The translations under genes and the position numbers were made by a program. Shown piece by piece: positions 61,165-64,000 of a stretch of 64,000 nt of DNA. Below the pieces are notes generated by a model. The model did not search any database and was not told where the DNA came from. It saw only the letters and a program-made list of their open reading frames with translations. The stretch comes from Carcharhinus amblyrhynchos. Taxonomy: Eukaryota. Every line of letters begins with the position of its first letter. The first letter of the stretch is position 1. The stretch spans positions 110,546,001 through 110,610,000 of the forward strand of contig OZ336873.1 of NCBI GenBank assembly GCA_965287045.1. Direction: 5' to 3'.

Positions 61165-62460
61165 TTTGGTTCAGGTGTAATGACAGTGTTGCGAGGAAGG
61201 GAGAGCCTTCACTGCTGTCAGTGAAGGAAAGGTGATATAGTTCCAAGTCAAAAGTTGTGTACCATGGAGGGGACTTTGCAGGGTGTAGTGCTCCCATGCA
61301 TTTGAGATCATTTACCCTACAAGATGTTGTAGGTTTGAAAGGTCCTGTCAAAGAAGGCTTGGTGAGTTGTTGTCATGCATATTTTTGATGATACACATTA
61401 CTGCCACAGTGATGGAGGGAGTGAACACTTAAAGTGGCAGAAGAGGCGCTGATTAAATGGACTCCTTTGTTTTGGATGTGTTGAACTTCTTGTGTACTGT
61501 TGGAGCTACATTTATCTGTTCTATCAACTCTGGTCTTGTGCTTTGTAGTTGGATAGACCAGCTTTGGGAAGTCAGGAGATCAGCTACTAACAGGTCAAGT
61601 TCAGCTTCTGGTCAGTGGTAACCTCCAGCATGTTGACAGTGGAGATTTCAGTGATAGCAATACCACTGAATGTCAAGAAAAGATGGTTAAATTTTCTCTT
61701 GTTAAAGATGGTCTTTGTGTAACTTGGCACTTGTGTTACAAAAGCCTAATGTCATCCAGGTTTTGTTGCATATGAACATGGACTGCTTCAGCATCTGAGG
61801 AGCTAAGAATTGTATTGAACACCAAATAATTATCTGCAAACAAGCCCACTCCAGACCTTATAATGGGAGGAAGGTCATTGATGAAGCAGCTGAAGATGGT
61901 TGGTGCCCGGGAACTAGCCTGCAGAACTCCTGTAAGATGGCCTGGGGCTGAAATGTTTGGCTTCCAATGAACACAGTCATCATTCTTTGTGCTATGTTTG
62001 ATTCCAATGAATGGATAGGTTTCCCCCAGATTCCCACTGATTTCAATTTGTTCCTTGATGACACTTGGATATTTGCTACCTTGATGTCAAGGGCACCCAT
62101 TCTCACCTCATATCTTGAGTTCCACTCTTTTCTTCATGACTGCAATGAGGTTGTAATGAAACCTGGAATCTGACAGAACTCAAACTGGACATCAGTGAGC
62201 AGGTTATTACTATGTATGTGCCTCTTGATAGCACCTTTCATTATTTTGCTGGAACTATATTTGGCTAGATTGGATTTGTTCTATCTTTTGTGGATAGGAC
62301 ATTCTTTGACAATTTCCCTCTTAGTTGGATAGATGTCAACAGTAGGGCACATGTCTGGCTCTAACATATAAGTCCTCACATAGCACTGATTGGATTTTGT
62401 CAGGGCTCATAGTATTTATTGTATTCACTGCCTTCTGCCATTTCTTGATACTATGATGAT
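61165..62460 (-). mobile_element. Old CR1/L2-type LINE RT-to-3' fragment
   Basis: RMGALDIKVA..(F)SCFINDLP motifs on the minus strand. Confidence 0.75.
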
Positions 62461-62479
62461 CATTGACAAAAACCACTAT

Positions 62480-62900
62480 CTCTCTTTCTGGATCTGCTTG
62501 GCAAAGGCGTATTACAGAAGGAGGTGGACAATGGACTGTTATCCACTACAGCTGCCTTGAAGGAAGCTTGTGTTAGCGTTGGTACTATGGGCATGTGGGA
62601 AGGATTTCTCACTGTAAGCCAAGCTCTGCCTTGATGCTTGATTGGAAGTTCTGACAATTAGGCATTCTGCCAAATGCATTTGACAATCTGTTCAGGAAAC
62701 CATCCAACAGAGTCCACCATCTCCTTTTCCCACAGAACCGTGAGGACATTGTGTTCAGACAGCCATCTGATTGTTTGGAGATGTTGAACATTGAGTCTGC
62801 AAGAGTTCTGAGTCTCACGCAAATGAGCTATTTCAGTACAATTCAAGGACAATGTGTGACATCTATTTTTCCTCTCCATCTGACCAGCATTCTATCAAAT
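62480..62900 (-). mobile_element. Ancient RTE-like LINE C-terminal relic
   Basis: QHLQTIRWLSEHNVL..AFGRMPN resembles RTE CLR.IL.I.W....N..VL..GH..RM. Confidence 0.45.
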
Positions 62901-63644
62901 TTCTAGTCAATACTGATTGGAATTTCTCCCAGTCCTGCAGCTCAAGCTAGTTTCTTTTCTCTTTTTCTCTTTTGCCTATCCTTATAGATTGCTTCTATAG
63001 GTAACAATATTCAGTGTAGTGTGCCTCATATATTTATTCCCATAGAGGATGTTGTGTTTTGGTTTATTTCATTCTAATGGGTTAATCCAATTATCAATAA
63101 TATTTTTGAGAGTGTGATTGTATATCCGGTTGCTTCCTCTTTGCTTTCAAAATGTTTTTCACTTTGCGCCTGTTGAAATATTCTTAAACAAACACTGCAA
63201 ACTCTTCATGAGTTCTTGCCTCACATCCTGATATTACCCTTTGTGAAAGGAGTAAATGTTTGCTCCTCTTGTATACCTAAACCCTGGATTATGTCATATG
63301 TCATACTATTCTATTGTCCTACCTGATCATTCATTGCTTATTATCCTGCATATGTCAGTGAGGGACTGGTCAAAATAATAATGGGATTGTGTTTCAAATT
63401 TTTAATGTCCATTGGAAATCTTTCCATTTAATCTCTTCGTACAACAATTGCAAAGTCATAAGCATTTTTCCAAAGAACCCATTTTTGCTTTTGATGCATC
63501 CAGAATGCAGCTTAAACTTTTGTTTCATATTGTGAGTCACTGTTACATCTTATCTGCAGATACAGGTAAAAGGTTTGAACCTGTCGCCGTTTTCCAATGC
63601 TTTTCAGTTCATGATTACATTCTATTGCAAAGACACAGATTTGT

Positions 63645-64000
63645 GGGGTGATTCTCCCAGCCCACTGCGCTGCTCTCGCAACGTGCCGGGCCAGGAAGCA
63701 TCAGCAGAGGCCATTGAGCGCCTTCCCGCTGGGTGCTATGGCCTCTGCACGTCACCAGTTTCAAGATTTTTGGACTGATCAGTTCTGTGCCAGAAATCGG
63801 CATGGAGCTGATTTAAATATTTATATTCGGATTAGTATTTGATTAGCAGGTCTGGGACTGAAATCTCTGGGCCACCTAGCATCTCTCCTCCTGCCAGGAG
63901 TGGTTCACTCCAGTGGAGTTTACTACTGCTGCCCACTAATGGGAAGCAGGGAGTCCAACCATGCTGGAGGAAACAAAGGCCATTGAGGCCCCTCACAGGA
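63645..64000 (-). mobile_element. GC-rich non-autonomous repeat, runs off the window
   Basis: Starts ggggtgattctccc; colinear with 18400-18720 (gcatggagctga.ttaaatatt, cactccag.ggagttta). Confidence 0.65.

Overview
Repeat-dense, AT-rich vertebrate intronic/intergenic DNA. The repeat complement points to a cartilaginous fish, probably a shark: HE1/V-SINE-type SINEs, Deu-domain SINEs, CR1 with an esterase ORF1, Rex1/Babar, RTE, Tx1, Penelope and Gypsy relics. No intact protein-coding gene was found, and most ORFs in the track are repeat-derived or chance. Main finding: a chain of about nine minus-strand exons (about 42078 down to 1390) with mostly strong GT-AG sites and matching splice phases. 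They read as a signal peptide plus an approximately 350-aa Venus-flytrap (ANF-receptor/GABA-B-like class C GPCR) domain. The chain is disabled by three in-frame stops, one frameshift and a near-full-length CR1 LINE (about 1815-5898, 10-bp target-site duplication) inserted inside one exon, so it is a candidate unitary pseudogene. The family assignment comes from by-eye motif comparison and needs an HMM search. Also present are a Penelope relic with a minimal hammerhead ribozyme motif, a CR1 3' UTR that has captured a SINE core, two Gypsy relics and several three-level nested insertions. Repeat boundaries are approximate unless stated.
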